From Octopus sinensis (Eukaryota), in NCBI RefSeq assembly GCF_006345805.1, contig NC_043003.1:32860001-32924000 (forward strand): DNA of 64,000 nt, given 5' to 3'. This document shows, one piece after another, positions 11,592 to 24,033 of the stretch (positions are counted from its first letter, which is position 1; the number at the start of each line of letters is the position of its first letter). A program made the position numbers and the translations under genes. The notes below the pieces were generated by a model. The model was not told the origin of the DNA and ran no database searches. It saw only the letters and a list, made by a program, of their open reading frames with translations.

Positions 11592-11972
11592 GAGGTGCAA
11601 TGGCCCAGTGGTTAGGGCAGCGGACTCGCGGTCGGAGGATCGCGGTTTCGATTCCCAGACCGGGCGTTGTGAGTGTTTATTGAGCGAAAACACCTAAAGT
11701 TCCACGAGGCTCCGGCAGGGAATGGTGGTGATCCCTGCTGTACTCTTTCACCACAACTTTCTCTCACTCTTACTTCCTGTTTCTGTTGTACCTGTATTTC
11801 AACGGGCCGGCCTTGTCACTCTCTGTGTCACGCTGAATATCCCCGAGAACTACGTTAAGGGTACACGTGTCTGTGGAGTGCTCAGCCACTTACACGTTAA
11901 TTTCACGAGCAGGCTGTTCCGTTGATTCGGATCAACCGGAACCCTCGTCGTCGTAACCGACGGAGTGCTTCC
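11592..11972 (+). mobile_element. tRNA(Arg)-like SINE family B' with 13-bp TSD
   Basis: TGGCCCAGTGG A box, GGTTTCGATTCCC B box; exact ACATGATAGAGTG duplication at 11579-11591 and 11973-11985. Confidence 0.9.
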
Positions 11973-12261
11973 ACATGATAGAGTGTCGAAGAAAACGCTT
12001 TTCGATAATTCTTCCGACGCTTTACTTTTCAAGCTCAAATTCCTTCGAGGTCAACTTTGACTTTTATCTTCCTTGTATCGATAAAATAAAATGTCTATTA
12101 TTGAGGTTGATGGTATCGGCTTATACGAATTCTTTAAGCTTTCGGTTCTCGGGCCTAAATTAGAAACCTTTATTATACAAATTTTTGTAAAGATTAAAAA
12201 CAGGAAAAATAGATCCCTAAAAGCACAACTGTTGGTGTGTTGTTAAGAGGGGTCTTGGGGA

Positions 12262-12990
12262 AGTCTCAGTGCGCAGCATTTTAGGCGAATGTCTTCTGCT
12301 GTAGCCTCGGCCCGATCAAAGCCTTGTGAGTGGATTTGGTAGACGGAAACTGAAAGAAGCTCGTCGGAAATATATACATGCGTGTGTGTGTATGCATATG
12401 TGTATGTTTGTTCCCCACCGCCACATTGTTTTTCTTAGGTCCCCGTAACTTAGCAGTTTTGCAAAAGAGATCCAATAAAATAAGTATCAGGCTTAAGGTG
12501 GCGAGCTGGCAGAATCGTTAAGATGCCGGGCGAAATGCTTAACGGTATTTCGTCCGTCGTTACGTTCTGAGTTCAGATTCCGCAGAGGTCGGCTTTGTCT
12601 TTCATCCTTTCAGGGTCGATTAAATAAGTACCATTCACGCACTGGAGTTGATATAATCGACTTAATCCGTTTGTCTGTCCTTGTTTGTCCTCTCTGTGTT
12701 TAGCTCCTTGTGGGTAGTAAAGAAACAGGTATTTCGTCTGCCGCTACGTTCTGAGTTCAAATTCCTCCGGAGGTCGACCTTGCCTTTCATCCTTTCGGAG
12801 TGGATAAACTAAGTACCAGTTACGTACTGGGGTCGATATAATCGACTGTCCCCCTCCCCCAAAATTTCGGGCCTTGTGCCTAGAGAAGAAAAGAATAAGT
12901 ACCAGGCTTTAAAAGACGTGCTGTGCTCGATTTATTTGCAATGCTCCAGCAAGGCCAAAGTCCAATGAATGAAACAAGAAAAAGATAAAA
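12262..12990 (+). mobile_element. SINE family A copy interrupted by a family C SINE
   Basis: A-family body at 12262-12494; the A tail resumes at 12894-12990 after the insertion. Confidence 0.75.
12495..12893 (+). mobile_element. Dimeric SINE family C (Meta-domain-like core) with 16-bp TSD
   Basis: Head ggtggcgagctggcagaatcg; B box gagttca(g/a)attcc twice; core gcctttcatcctttcggggtcgat..aagtaccag twice; TSD aataagta(t/c)caggctt at 12479-12494 and 12894-12909. Confidence 0.88.
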
Positions 12991-13069
12991 GACTAAATAG
13001 TGCTGCGCTAGTGGATTATGCAAATAATAAAGTTAGACCAAGAACGTGTAGCTTTATTGCTTCCAGTTG

Positions 13070-13185
13070 ATCGTTCTGAGTTCAAATTACGCCGACGTCG
13101 ACTTTTCTTTTCATCCTTCGGGAGCAGTAAAATATATATACTAGTTGAGTACTGGGGTCGATGTAAATCGACTAGCCCCCACCTT
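13070..13185 (+). mobile_element. SINE family C fragment
   Basis: cgttctgagttcaaattacgccgacgtcgac..tttcatccttcggg..actggggtcgatgtaaatcgact. Confidence 0.7.
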
Positions 13186-13611
13186 AAGCCTGTATAATAA
13201 AACATTATTTCCAGTTGATCCATGTAGAAAAATTTCTACAAAATCTTAATTTAGTTAAGAACAAACTGCAGTTATACACGTGAATAGTAAAAAATATTTT
13301 ATTAAGAGATGGGAAAATATACCCAATCTCAGGGTCTATGATAAATGAAGTAAACAGTTGGCTTTATGACAATAACGAAATTATAAAGAATTCTAAAATG
13401 ATGCGCTGTCTATTTTAGAAAAAAAAAACAATGATAATCAAACTAATTAGACGAGAAGAGATGAATAATATATAAAAGAATACTTTTCTTTTAATTATAG
13501 AAAATTTTGAATAAAAAGAAAATGAACAAAAGACAAAATGATAGGATTAATCTAATTAGCCAGTAAGAGATGCTAAATAAATAAAAAAAAGGTTACAGAT
13601 GGTAATTAACC

Positions 13612-13790
13612 CTTTTGCATGTTTCAATCATTGGACTGCAGCCATGATGCAGCATCGACTTGAAGGGTTTAGTCGAAGAAATTTACCTCAGTACTTATTC
13701 TATCTATCTCTTTTACTAAACCACTTAGTCATGTGGACGTAAACAAACTAACATTAATTGTCAAGCGCTATGAGGGCAACTAGTTGAGCA
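13612..13790 (-). mobile_element. SINE family A-related 3' fragment
   Basis: Reverse complement of the family tail (gtttcaatcattggactgcagccatg..ttgaagggtttagtcgaa..gtacttattctatc). Confidence 0.6.
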
Positions 13791-13943
13791 ATGGGGTCAA
13801 TATTATTGATGAAACCCCTTCGCCCAAACATGCTGGCTTTGTCCAAAATTTGAAGCCATTATAGGTGAAATAAGATTTCCAGTTTTGATTAAGAAAATTA
13901 TAAGGAAGGCTTGAAAAGCAAATGTGATTGGAATACAAATGTT

Positions 13944-14556
13944 CTTTTCTACTCGAGGCACAAGGCCTAAAATTTTGGGGGAGAGGGCCAGTCGATTAGA
14001 TCGACCCCAGTAAGCAACTGGTACTTAATTTATCAACCCCGAACGGATGAAAGGCAAAGTCGACCTCGACGGAATTTGAACTCAGAACGTAGCGGCAGAC
14101 GAAATACCGCTAAACATTTCGCCCGGCGTGCTAACGTTTCTTATTTCTTTATTGCCCACAAGGGGCTAAACATAGAGAGGACAAACAAGGACAGACAAAG
14201 GGATTAGGTCGATTACATCGACCCCAGTGCGTAACTGGTACTTATTTAATCGACCCCGAAAGGATGAAAGGCGAAGTCAACCTCGGCGGAATTTGAACTC
14301 AGAACGTAACGGCAGACGAAATACCTATTCTTTACTACCCACAAGGGGTTAAACACAGAGAGGACAAAAAAGGACAGACAAACGGATTAAGTCGATTATA
14401 TCGACCCCAGTGCGTAACTGGTACTTATTTAATCGACCCCGAAAGGATGAAAGGCAAAGTCGACCTCGGCGGAATTTGAACTCAGAACGTAACGGCAGAC
14501 GAAATACCGCTAAGCATTTCGCCCGGCGCGTTAACGTTTCTGCCAGCTCGCCGCCT
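13944..14556 (-). mobile_element. Trimeric SINE family C with perfect 16-bp TSD
   Basis: Three B-box+core units in tandem; TTGGAATACAAATGTT at 13928-13943 and 14557-14572. Confidence 0.92.
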
Positions 14557-15039
14557 TTGGAATACAAATGTTATAACATTCGCAGAGAATGTGAAACGCA
14601 CAAACTTTAGTGTCATTCTGTTTCTTAATATCACTAGAATATTTTTACCAGCAACTGAATATAGTACAGTGAATTGGTTCTATGTGTACAGATAATCTGG
14701 GGCAGCTTATCAGCGATGAATAACACGAATGGTTCGTAGTAAGGATACTAAATATTAAGTTATAGAATGTCAATTCCGTGCTGTATAGATATCTCATGAA
14801 AGTTAAGAGACTTTAATAAAATAATGCATAAGGGTATTTATAATAACAGTGATCACAATGCATATTAGAAGATGGAGGATTTTGAGTATCAGGAAGTGTG
14901 TAGATACATACGCATGTAATTAATATATATATATATATATATATATACACTCATACACACACACACACACGCACATATACATACACACCCTAATACACAC
15001 ATCTATATATAAATCCCAGGTATATTATTTTTGGTGTTT

Positions 15040-15270
15040 GTTCAATGTTCAATTCATTTTCCCCTCATTTGTAATATTTAATTTTGATAATTGCTATTTC
15101 TTGTCGATTACTATTGATTTTGTTTCCTAAGATTTCTGGAGGTCATCTGTGTTGAATGTTAATAGGGCAGTATCATCTACATTTCTAACGCTGCTGTTGT
15201 TGCTGACGACAACTTATTGACGCTCTTGGCATGTCTTGGAATTCTCTGAAGACCTGTCTCAGTGTTTCGG
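15040..15270 (-). pseudogene. RTE-clade LINE RT fragment (decayed YADD region)
   Basis: Minus-strand translation RNVDDTALLTFNTDDLQKS*ETKSIVIDKK. Confidence 0.5.
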
Positions 15271-15329
15271 TTTAATAGGCCAAAGGACAGTGCACAGTTT
15301 GTCTGAAAATAAACAAAAGCGCTCAAAGA

Positions 15330-16930
15330 AAGCGAGCTAGATAGTGGCTTGACAGAATTATTTTAAAGAAAATAGAAAAAGCCCAAGAGAAAAGAATAGA
15401 TACAAAAAATAAAAGTTGAGTTTTAAAGCCGGCAAATAGTCAGATACAGAAACAATATATCCGCAATGGAAATACGTGGTTTACCTGTAAAACTATTTGT
15501 GAGAGAAACAACTCAATAATGCAAATAACCCTATTCCAACGACCATCCAGAAAGTTATATACCTGGTGACATATTCAGAAACGAAACTGATTTAAAAACT
15601 GTTTAAACTCAAAGAAAATGTACACGGGAGCTGACAATAACTCGGATTATAACCCAGTTATTGTTAAACTAAAAATCAAACTCAGTACGCCAAAAGAATG
15701 ACACAACAAAATGAGAAACTAAGCTTTAACCTACTCTAAAAGGAAGACTACACAGAGAAATATTTTACCGAAGTTAGAAATATCTATGATAAACTATGCC
15801 AAGAGGAATTTATACAGAATACTGGCAATGGAGATAACATTGAGGAACCATCATAGAAACGGTGGAACATTTTTTTTGAAAATCCATCTTTTCTGCAGCA
15901 GCAAAAATACTGACCAAACTAGTAAAAGAAGAGGAACAAATGAACAACAAATGAGATCTTAGCAAAGATGGAAGAACACAAGAAGTGGGAGAAGAAAATC
16001 CTGAAAGATACGACAAACTAAAGAAAAAGATCTACTTGGAATGCCAAGAAAAACCAAGGCTAGCTGGTTAGATGGGCAATATAAGGAAATAAAAGAACAG
16101 CACAGAACAAAGTAAAAGAAATAACAAAATAAAAAAATATGAAAAGAGAAAGTGGATATATCAAAGCTAAAACTGGAAATAGCCGATTTGATGAGAAGCA
16201 AATAGCAGCAAGATGGGTAGAATATATCTCAGAACATTGCAATAATGAGAGGCCATCAATGCCTGAATATGAAGCTACAACCTGATATAACATTTTAAGG
16301 GAAGAAGTAGAAAAGACAATGAAACCAGTGAAGAATGGGGATGTAACAGGACCAGATGAAATATCGGTAGAGTCTAAAAAAATCCCATATGATCAGAATA
16401 TTGACACATTAATAAAGCTGTACATTTTCATCATATATAATATTGAACTCATAGTTACTGAAGAGAAAAAACGTTAACATTTGCTCCACTACGCCCATCC
16501 ACCCACCCAAAGACCTTAGGTTGCACAGAATATAGACCAATAAGTCTAATGAGCCATGTAACAAAACTCCTCCTTAAGATTCTATAACAACGAATTAGCA
16601 GAAGAATAGATAGAGAAATAAATAGATTACTAAGTGGGTTTAAATCTAATATGGGAACTAGAGAGAATATCCAACCATATCTGTGAAAGAGACCTAGATG
16701 TAAATGAAGATATCTGGATATGCTTTATAGACTACACCAAGGCATTTGGTAGGATGAAACACTAAAAAGTGATATAATGCGTTTTTGAAATTGGAATCAA
16801 TAACAAAAACTTACACATTATACCCAAAATGTAATGGGCGCAAACAACAGAAGAACAAAGTTCAAAATAAAGAAAGGAATGAGACAAGGGTGTGTCTATC
16901 CTCCTGATTTTTTAATCTATACACTAAAAG
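15330..16930 (+). mobile_element. RTE-clade LINE remnant (AP endonuclease C-terminus, linker, RT N-half)
   Basis: FCERNN..TLFQRPSRKLYTW; GADNNSDYNPVIVKLKIKL; ILREEVEKTM..KNGDVTGPDEISVE; CTEYRPISLMSHVTKLLLKIL; ICFIDYTKAF; KGMRQGCV. Confidence 0.85.
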
Positions 16931-17360
16931 ATATATTCTGTCGTAAGTTTCAATCGAAAAACGCATTTTATGTATAACTATAAACCGTAAACAGAATGGT
17001 ATTACTGACCTGAACAATTTATATGGAGTGATTTTACATTACGGAGTGGAACGTATAATTTCCTGTCATTCAGAGCGCCTCATGGTCCCATCAGACAAAA
17101 TGGAAAAGGTTTTTCCTTCGAGGATGGCGAAGTGGGGGGGGGGGGCCGTTGAAACAACTACTCTGACTCACAGAGCTCGCACTAGAGGATAGCCATCTCC
17201 GTCCCCCCCACAACGGAGAAGGGTTCTGGGGCCTAGAATGTCGGAGGTCTCTACTGCTACAAGCTCGACTACAAACCTGTCAGGGAGCGACTAATTTGGC
17301 AGTCTGCTTTCTTAGCCTGACGAGCAGCGGAGCTTGGGCTGGTAGCTGAGCATACCAAAG

Positions 17361-17745
17361 GATATTTTCCGAAGAGTTGAAAAATGCTGGAATTATAATT
17401 AGCAGATTTAATCTCAATAACAACCGTTATGCAGATGATACTGTATTATTAACACTTAGTACAAATGAGTTACAGCAATTGACGAATACAGTCAAGGAAA
17501 AAGGAGAACCATATGGAATGGAAATAGATGCTAAAAAAAAGCGATAACTATGGAACTTAATTAGAAACAAACACCCACGAACATCAATAACCATAAATGG
17601 AATACCAATAGAAGAAATTTCAAACATGGTCTATTTAGGCATTATACAATCTGAAAATGGTAAATGTGGAACTGAAACTAGACGAAGAATAGAAATTACA
17701 AGGTAAATATTTGAAAACATGTATCAAAAGCTTTGATTTCAAGGA
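17361..17745 (+). mobile_element. RTE-clade LINE remnant, RT C-half (continuation after an insertion)
   Basis: NLNNNRYADDTVLL..NELQQL..YGMEI; INGIPIEEISNMVYLG..GKCGTETRRRIEI. Confidence 0.85.
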
Positions 17746-18799
17746 AAATACTAGTGTGCGCGTGTGTCTCTTTTTGTCTCTCCGTCTCTATTCCTCTCTC
17801 ATCTTTTTCTGTCCAGGATGAATCCGAATACAACTCGACTAGTTTTGATGGGTAATTATCATTTTATAAAGAGAGTCTATTTATGGTCGTTTAACTGAGA
17901 GAAAAAACCCGTCGAACTACTTGAGTGGCAACACTGATTTTACACCTTTGCATGAGAATATATTAGTTGAATGAGAGTATATTAGTAGAAATAAAATGAC
18001 TGGAGTACCGAGGCAGTAATGTTTACTTTTTATGGTTTGCAAGATCCTTGATATGAAACCATGTTAAAAATTAAAGTTATTTTATTTTGGAAAGATCGTA
18101 CAGCCAATAAAATTCATGCACCATTTATGCTTCACTTCAATTTTATAGCCAATTAGATAATTAATCAATTGGTTAATAGCTTAGTCTATCAAAGTACTTT
18201 CGTCACAGTCTGTAACTTTATCAATGATTATGTGCCCCTCAAGCATATCTTTTTCATCGGCACTTTTTTCGTGCTTAATGTTCGTCTCACTGGTCATGTG
18301 GTAAGAGTCTATTCTGTTTTTGCACATATATATTATAACAGACGTTTGCGTGCGTGCTTGTGCGCGCACACGTGAGTTTAATTTAAACGCTTTTAAATTA
18401 CGAGTATGTTCAAGTCACTACTTGTTAATCACGGTATATTGTAAGTAGTTTTAACTTACTGCCTCTCTCTGTTGGTCCAACATCAATGCACACTCTTGAT
18501 AAAACAGCAATAACTAGTAGGAAAAGATAGAGTTGATCTTGGTTACTTCTATTAGAGAGAGAGAGAGAGAGAGGAATCTCGTGGTTTCACTAGCATTAGA
18601 TCTATTTACAGAGTGAAGGTGACTGATTATCAAACGTACGAGGGTGAATTAATTCATAATTTTCTTAACACATACACACACGTTATCTCAGGGATTTTGA
18701 TATTTTATCATGTTATCGTTCATTGACAATGTAAACTTGATGCCAAGTTATTACTAAGATGGTCTTAGAGAAGGAGGACGTTTTCGTCTGTTCGTTTCT

Positions 18800-19079
18800 T
18801 CTTCTTCTTCTTCTTTTCTTCTTCTTCTTCTTCTTCTTCTTCTTCTTCTTCTTCTTCTTCTTCTTCTTCTTCTTCTTCTTCTTCTATAATCGTCATCGTC
18901 ACCATCCTACTCCTCCGCCTCCCCCTCCTTATCATCATCATTATCATCGACATCGTCATCGTCCTTGTCATCGTTCTTGTCATCGTGATGATAATAGTCA
19001 TCATCGTCGTCGTCGTCTTCATCATCATCATCATCGTTGTCTTAGTCGTCGTCATCTTCATCATCATCTCATCATCATC

Positions 19080-19138
<59 letters not shown>

Positions 19139-19380
19139 GACATCGTCATCGTCCTTGTCATCGTTCTTGTCATCATCATCGTGATGATAATGGTCATCAT
19201 CATCGTCGTCGTCATTATTATCATCATCATCATCATCATCATCATCGTCATCGTCCTTGTCATCGTTCTTGTTATCGTCATCGTTCTTGTTATCGTCATC
19301 GTTCTTGCCATCGTGATGATAATGATGATGATGATGATGATGATGATCATCATCATCATCATCAACATCACTGTCCATCA
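18800..19380. repeat. Compound trinucleotide microsatellite (CTT)n/(CAT)n/(CGT)n with three embedded degenerate sub-units
   Basis: catcgtcatcgtccttgtcatcgttcttgt recurs near 18951, 19141 and 19245. Confidence 0.9.
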
Positions 19381-19929
19381 AAAATTGTTTCTCTCTTCTT
19401 CATTCCTGCCTTTTATATTATCTTGTACACATTCCCTATTTCCTTCACCTCTTCCTCCTAGTTTTGCTGTCTTATCCACTATTCCACCCTCTCTCTCTCC
19501 CTCTCTCCCTCTCTCCCTCTCTCTCCCTCTCACTCTCCTTCTAAAAAGCAAAGAAAGCAAAACGAAACTCCAAAACATTTCACGATACATCAAAAAAGAA
19601 ATAAAAGAAAAACAAAACCCAGCTGCAACAAAGAAAATTAACAAAAGAAAAAAAAAACATTAATAAAACACAGAGAAAGAAGAAAAATTCAATGAAAAGA
19701 TCATAGAGCAAGATATAAAAAAAAACAAAACAAAAAATTTAAATAAATGTAAACAAATGACAACAACGTCAACAAGAAGAGGAACAAATACAACAACAAC
19801 AACAATAATAATAGTAACAACAACAACCAAAGCAATGATCTGTCAAATGACAAAAATCAATAAATATTGGGGTGGGGGGTGGGGGAAGGCTGGAGTGACA
19901 AGAGTGACAGTGTAATTGAAGATTGTTCC

Positions 19930-20960
19930 ATCGTTTTACAATAATGTTGTGTAGTGTTTAGATGTTGTGATGTGATTAAATGTGTAGTATTTAGATGTGT
20001 AGTGTTTCATTGTTGAGTGGTGTTTTAGGTGTTGTGATGTACTTCGATGTTGATTAGTTTTTAGAGGCTGACTCGTGTTTAGATCTAGTGTTTAGGCATT
20101 GTGATGGGTATAGGTGTTGATTAGTGTTTAGATGGGGATTAATGTTTAGGTGCTTTTGTAGTGTTTCAATATGCATTAGTATTTAGATACAGTGTTCGTC
20201 TAGATGTTGTGTAGTGTTACATTGTAGAGTAGCATTTAGGTGTGGTGATGTGTTTAGATGCTGTGTAGTGTTTAGATGTTACTGTAGACTTTGACTGGTG
20301 TTTAGAACCAATGTACGTTTCGAAGTTGTGTGGTGATTAGATGTGTAGTATTTAGGCATTGTGTAGTGTTACATTGTAGAGTAGCATTTAGGTGTGGTGA
20401 TGTGTTTAGATGCTGTGTGGTGTTTAGATGTTACTGTAGACTTTGATTGGTGTTTAGAACCAGTGCACGTTTCGATGTTGTGTGGTGATTAAATGTGTAG
20501 TATTTAGGCATTGTGTAGTGTTACATTGTAGAGTAGCATTTAGGTGTGGTGATGCGTTTAGATGCTGTGTAGTGCTTAAACGTTGATTAGTGTTTAGATG
20601 TCGTGTGCATTTAAATGTTTTGTAGCATTCAAGTGTTATGTACTCTTAAAGTTTAGATTGTGTTGTATTTAGGTGTTTGTTTATTGTTTAGAAGTTTGTT
20701 TAGTGTTTTGATGTTTGTTTAGTGTTTAAGTGTTGTGTAGTGTTTAAACATTGTTTGGTGCTTAATGCTACTTCATGGCTGAGATGCTGAGAAATGCTTA
20801 GGTTTGTGTGATACTTAGATGTTATGTAATTCTGTGAAGCATGATGAGTAGATGTTGCGCAGTATTTAGATGTTTTCTGTTGGCGTGTTATAATTAGGTG
20901 TTGTGTAGGGCTTAGATGTGAAGTGTTTATGAGACGTGCAATATGACACACATATAGCAT
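19930..20960. repeat. Degenerate ~18-nt minisatellite with a 152-bp higher-order repeat
   Basis: Monomer like tgtgtagtgtttagatgt; ttgtgtagtgttacattgtagag starts at 20207, 20359 and 20511. Confidence 0.85.
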
Positions 20961-20964
20961 TTTG

Positions 20965-21750
20965 TGTTGTATTGTTCCATCATAGGATGCTGCTTCTCAA
21001 GCATAATGGTTTCAAATTTTAGCAAAGACCAGAAATTCATCCGGTCAATTTTGAGCGCAACACCAAGACCAGTCATCGGAAATATTTCATCCTCAGTTGC
21101 TCTTTCATTTTCTTTTCCATTATCTCATTGACCACTAGTACACCGAGGTATTTGTATCCTTCCGTTTCAATTTGCTTAATCAAGTCTCTATTCGGTAATT
21201 CTATCCTTACTAGGAACTGTACTTTTCCTCTTTTTTATGTAGATTATTCTGTACTTTTTGAGTCCTAATTCCATTCTAATATCAGTACTAAAACAGTGGA
21301 CCGTGTTCACCAAGGAACTCACTTGTGTCTCATCTTTGGTATACAATTTCAAATCATCTACGAAAAGACGGTGGCTGATCGTTTTGGATTTCTCTTTTAG
21401 TTGGTACCCAAGGTTCATTTTCCTAAGTACCAGGTCAGGGGTATCATGCAGAGAATAAAAAGCAACAGAGATAGGCTTTCATCCTAGAAAATCCCTCTTC
21501 TGATAACCAGAGTGCCCATGCTTTTTCAGTAAGATGTCGGTTCAGTTTTTCCATCCCACCATAATTCTCTTCAAGAAACACGTTACATTACTCGCAATTC
21601 CAAACAGATCTAAGCACTCGATGATCCACGAATGAGGAATCATATCATGAGCTTTGCGATAGTTAATCCAGGCCATTCCTAGATTTGTTATTAGCACCTC
21701 TGCCTTAGCGATGGCGGAGGTATTGTTTTCAGTCTTATTTGTGTGTTTGT
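20965..21750 (-). pseudogene. R4/Dong-like (RLE-group) LINE reverse transcriptase remnant
   Basis: NLGMAWINYRKAHDMIPHSWIIECL; ISHRLFVDDLKLY; FSTDIRMELGLKK; EGYKYLGVL. Confidence 0.85.
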
Positions 21751-22099
21751 CTGTGGACAAGATATCTCAAGAACCGCTGGATAGATTGCGATCTTACGTT
21801 CACTGGATAGATTACGATCTTACGTTCACTTTCAAGTCTTTCTCTGATTATTTCCCTTGAAAGCATGCTCATGGTTTTCACGTAAGTTATAGCGGCGTTG
21901 CTGTTTCCAAAGTTTCATATCTGTTTCTCTATTATTAATTTTACTCGCGTCTCTAACGTAGTAGAAACTGATAGTTAAATAATAAAAAAATGCAGCAAAA
22001 CCGATCAGAAATTAAATAATATTAACGTATTCAGTAACAATAATAGATTTGATTTATCCTCGACAATTTTTAGTTTTACCAATTTTGAATATATCGCTC

Positions 22100-22440
22100 C
22101 TGTTTAAAACCTCTTATCTACTTGACAATTACATTTGAAGCTCTGCCTTGAAGGAAGCTTTACTTCTTGGACACACGTTTTTGTGCGCAACGGTGTTGTT
22201 AAATCTCCGTTAACAGTACTGTATGCAGGTCTCTTCAGTTTTCTTTCGCGCACGGATAAATTTTTCACTATAGACCTTAATGATGGTAAAGGCACTATAT
22301 CAATGGATAAACTAAAGAAGGCCTACCTAGAGAAAACTGTCCCTGTTCCCACTGCAGACGACACACACTCAGCATTACAAACGGCCCGCACACCTACCTT
22401 CACATTCCATGACTACCATTGGAATCGATCAGGTACCAGA
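22100..22440 (+). pseudogene. Ty3/Gypsy pol C-terminal (post-integrase) remnant
   Basis: THVFVRNGVVKSPLTVLYAGLFSFLSRTDKFFTIDLNDGKGTISMDKLKKAYL resembles THVFVRxDxVRxPLQPPYxGPxxVLxRTDKxFTxxxNGKxxTVSIDRLKPAY; downstream RSG motif. Confidence 0.7.
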
Positions 22441-22629
22441 CAAGGATTCTGGATTATTTTACCGCTTTTATTTTTTAATTAATTTTTGAAAGCGGTCGGT
22501 TCATTTTTAGTATGCTCGTTTGTGAGAGCGGTCGAATTTATTTCAGATATTCTCATTTAAAAAATCATCTCCGGCTAATCTTTGAAAGGACGTTGATGTT
22601 GCCTTGGCGTATATTTGCGCTCTCTGAAT

Positions 22630-23060
22630 GCTCTTCTTCTTCTTCTTCTTCTTCTTCTTCTTCTTCTTCTTCTTCTTCTTCTTCTTCTTCTCTTTCTTCT
22701 TCTCCTCCTTCTTCGTCTTCTTTTTCTTCTTCTCCTTCTTCTTCTTCTCTTCCTTCTTTTCCCTCCTCCTCCTCCTTCTTCTTCTCCTCCTTCTTCCTCC
22801 TTTCTTCTCCTCCTCCTCCTACCTCTCTCTCCTACTTCTTCTTCTATTTCTTCTTCTTCTCCTTCTCTCCTCTTTTTTCTTCTTTTTCTCTCTTCTTCTC
22901 CTCCTTCTTCTTCTCTCCTCCTCCTCCTTCCCTCTTCTTCTCTTTCTTCTCCTTCTTCTTCTCCTCCTTCTTCTTCTCCTCCTCCTCCTCCTACTTCTTC
23001 TTCTGCTTCTTCTTCTTCTTCTTCTTCTTCTTCTTCTTCTTCTTCTTCTTCTTCTTCTCT
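22630..23060. repeat. (CTT/CTC)n polypyrimidine microsatellite
   Basis: Directly visible. Confidence 0.95.
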
Positions 23061-23815
23061 GATCTCTAGGTCTTACTTGGTACATAGATGTTAACTTTCC
23101 GAAGAAGATACTCAACACCGAAGCACCAATCTCAAAATCCTAGTTGTACCCTATAGAGAATTCTATTGGACCTGCTCTGTCCATGTATCAATTCCAAGTT
23201 CTTCGACATATTTCTCAAATTAGGACTCCCCTCATTGCCCACATTCTTGCGCTTTCGTCTTTTACTAGTTCCGTATTTGTTGGAAAAGATAGAAAAATGC
23301 AGATTATTATTACCATTCAGTAGTCTTATTTTTATCACATGCTTTCACTGCACTACCGAGCGCAGCTCTGTGTGCTTTCGGTATGTCCTGTGGTTTGTTT
23401 TGGTGCTGCTATTTTCACTGTATTGAAAATGTTTTATGTAGGATGTGTGCGGTGCCTAGTAGGGGTATTTTCTGCATGTTATATACATACGTAAGTCCTG
23501 GTGTTTTGATTATGTAGTTATCTGAATGATGGTTAAAGAAATCAAACTACATTAAAAAACGGCATGTTTTTAATCATACCTAATGCACCTATTATTATAG
23601 AGATTGTTTCTGTTTAAGCTCCACATTCGGGTTATCTCTATTTTCACATCTTTTGAGAGTTTCTCCGTTTCTTTTAGAGATACATTACCATTTGTTGGGA
23701 CTGATAAATCGATTAGAAGGCATTTTTTCTTGATGACTTCTGACAACTTTATTATATTATATTATTATTATTAATTATTATTATTCTATTATTATTATTA
23801 TTATTATAATTATTG

Positions 23816-24033
23816 AGGCGGCGAGCTGGTAGAATCATTAGCATGCCGGGCGAAATGCTTAGCGCTATTTTGTCTGTCTTTACGTTCTGAGTTCAAATTC
23901 CGCTGAGGTTGACTTTTCCTTTCATCTTTCGGGATCGATAAATTAAGTACTAGTAAAACAATGGTGTCGATGTAATCGACTAGTCCCACCCTCCCGACAC
24001 CAAATTTCTGTTCTCGTGCCTATAGTAGGAAGG

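Noticed and set aside
11592-11660. tRNA gene (also the heads at 7550, 10581, 27047, 54474)
   Set aside because: A/B boxes are present but there is no complete cloverleaf or acceptor stem, and each head continues into a SINE body.
18759-19663. Long His/Asp/Ser/Ile-rich ORFs on both strands
   Set aside because: Translations of (CAT)n/(CTT)n microsatellites, open in several frames, with no splice or domain evidence. The same applies to the ORFs at 22512-23094, 24532-24877, 34180-34857 and all (TA)/(CA)/(ATCT)-derived ORFs.
21777-21828. 26-bp tandem duplication
   Set aside because: Ordinary local slippage duplication at the edge of a LINE remnant.
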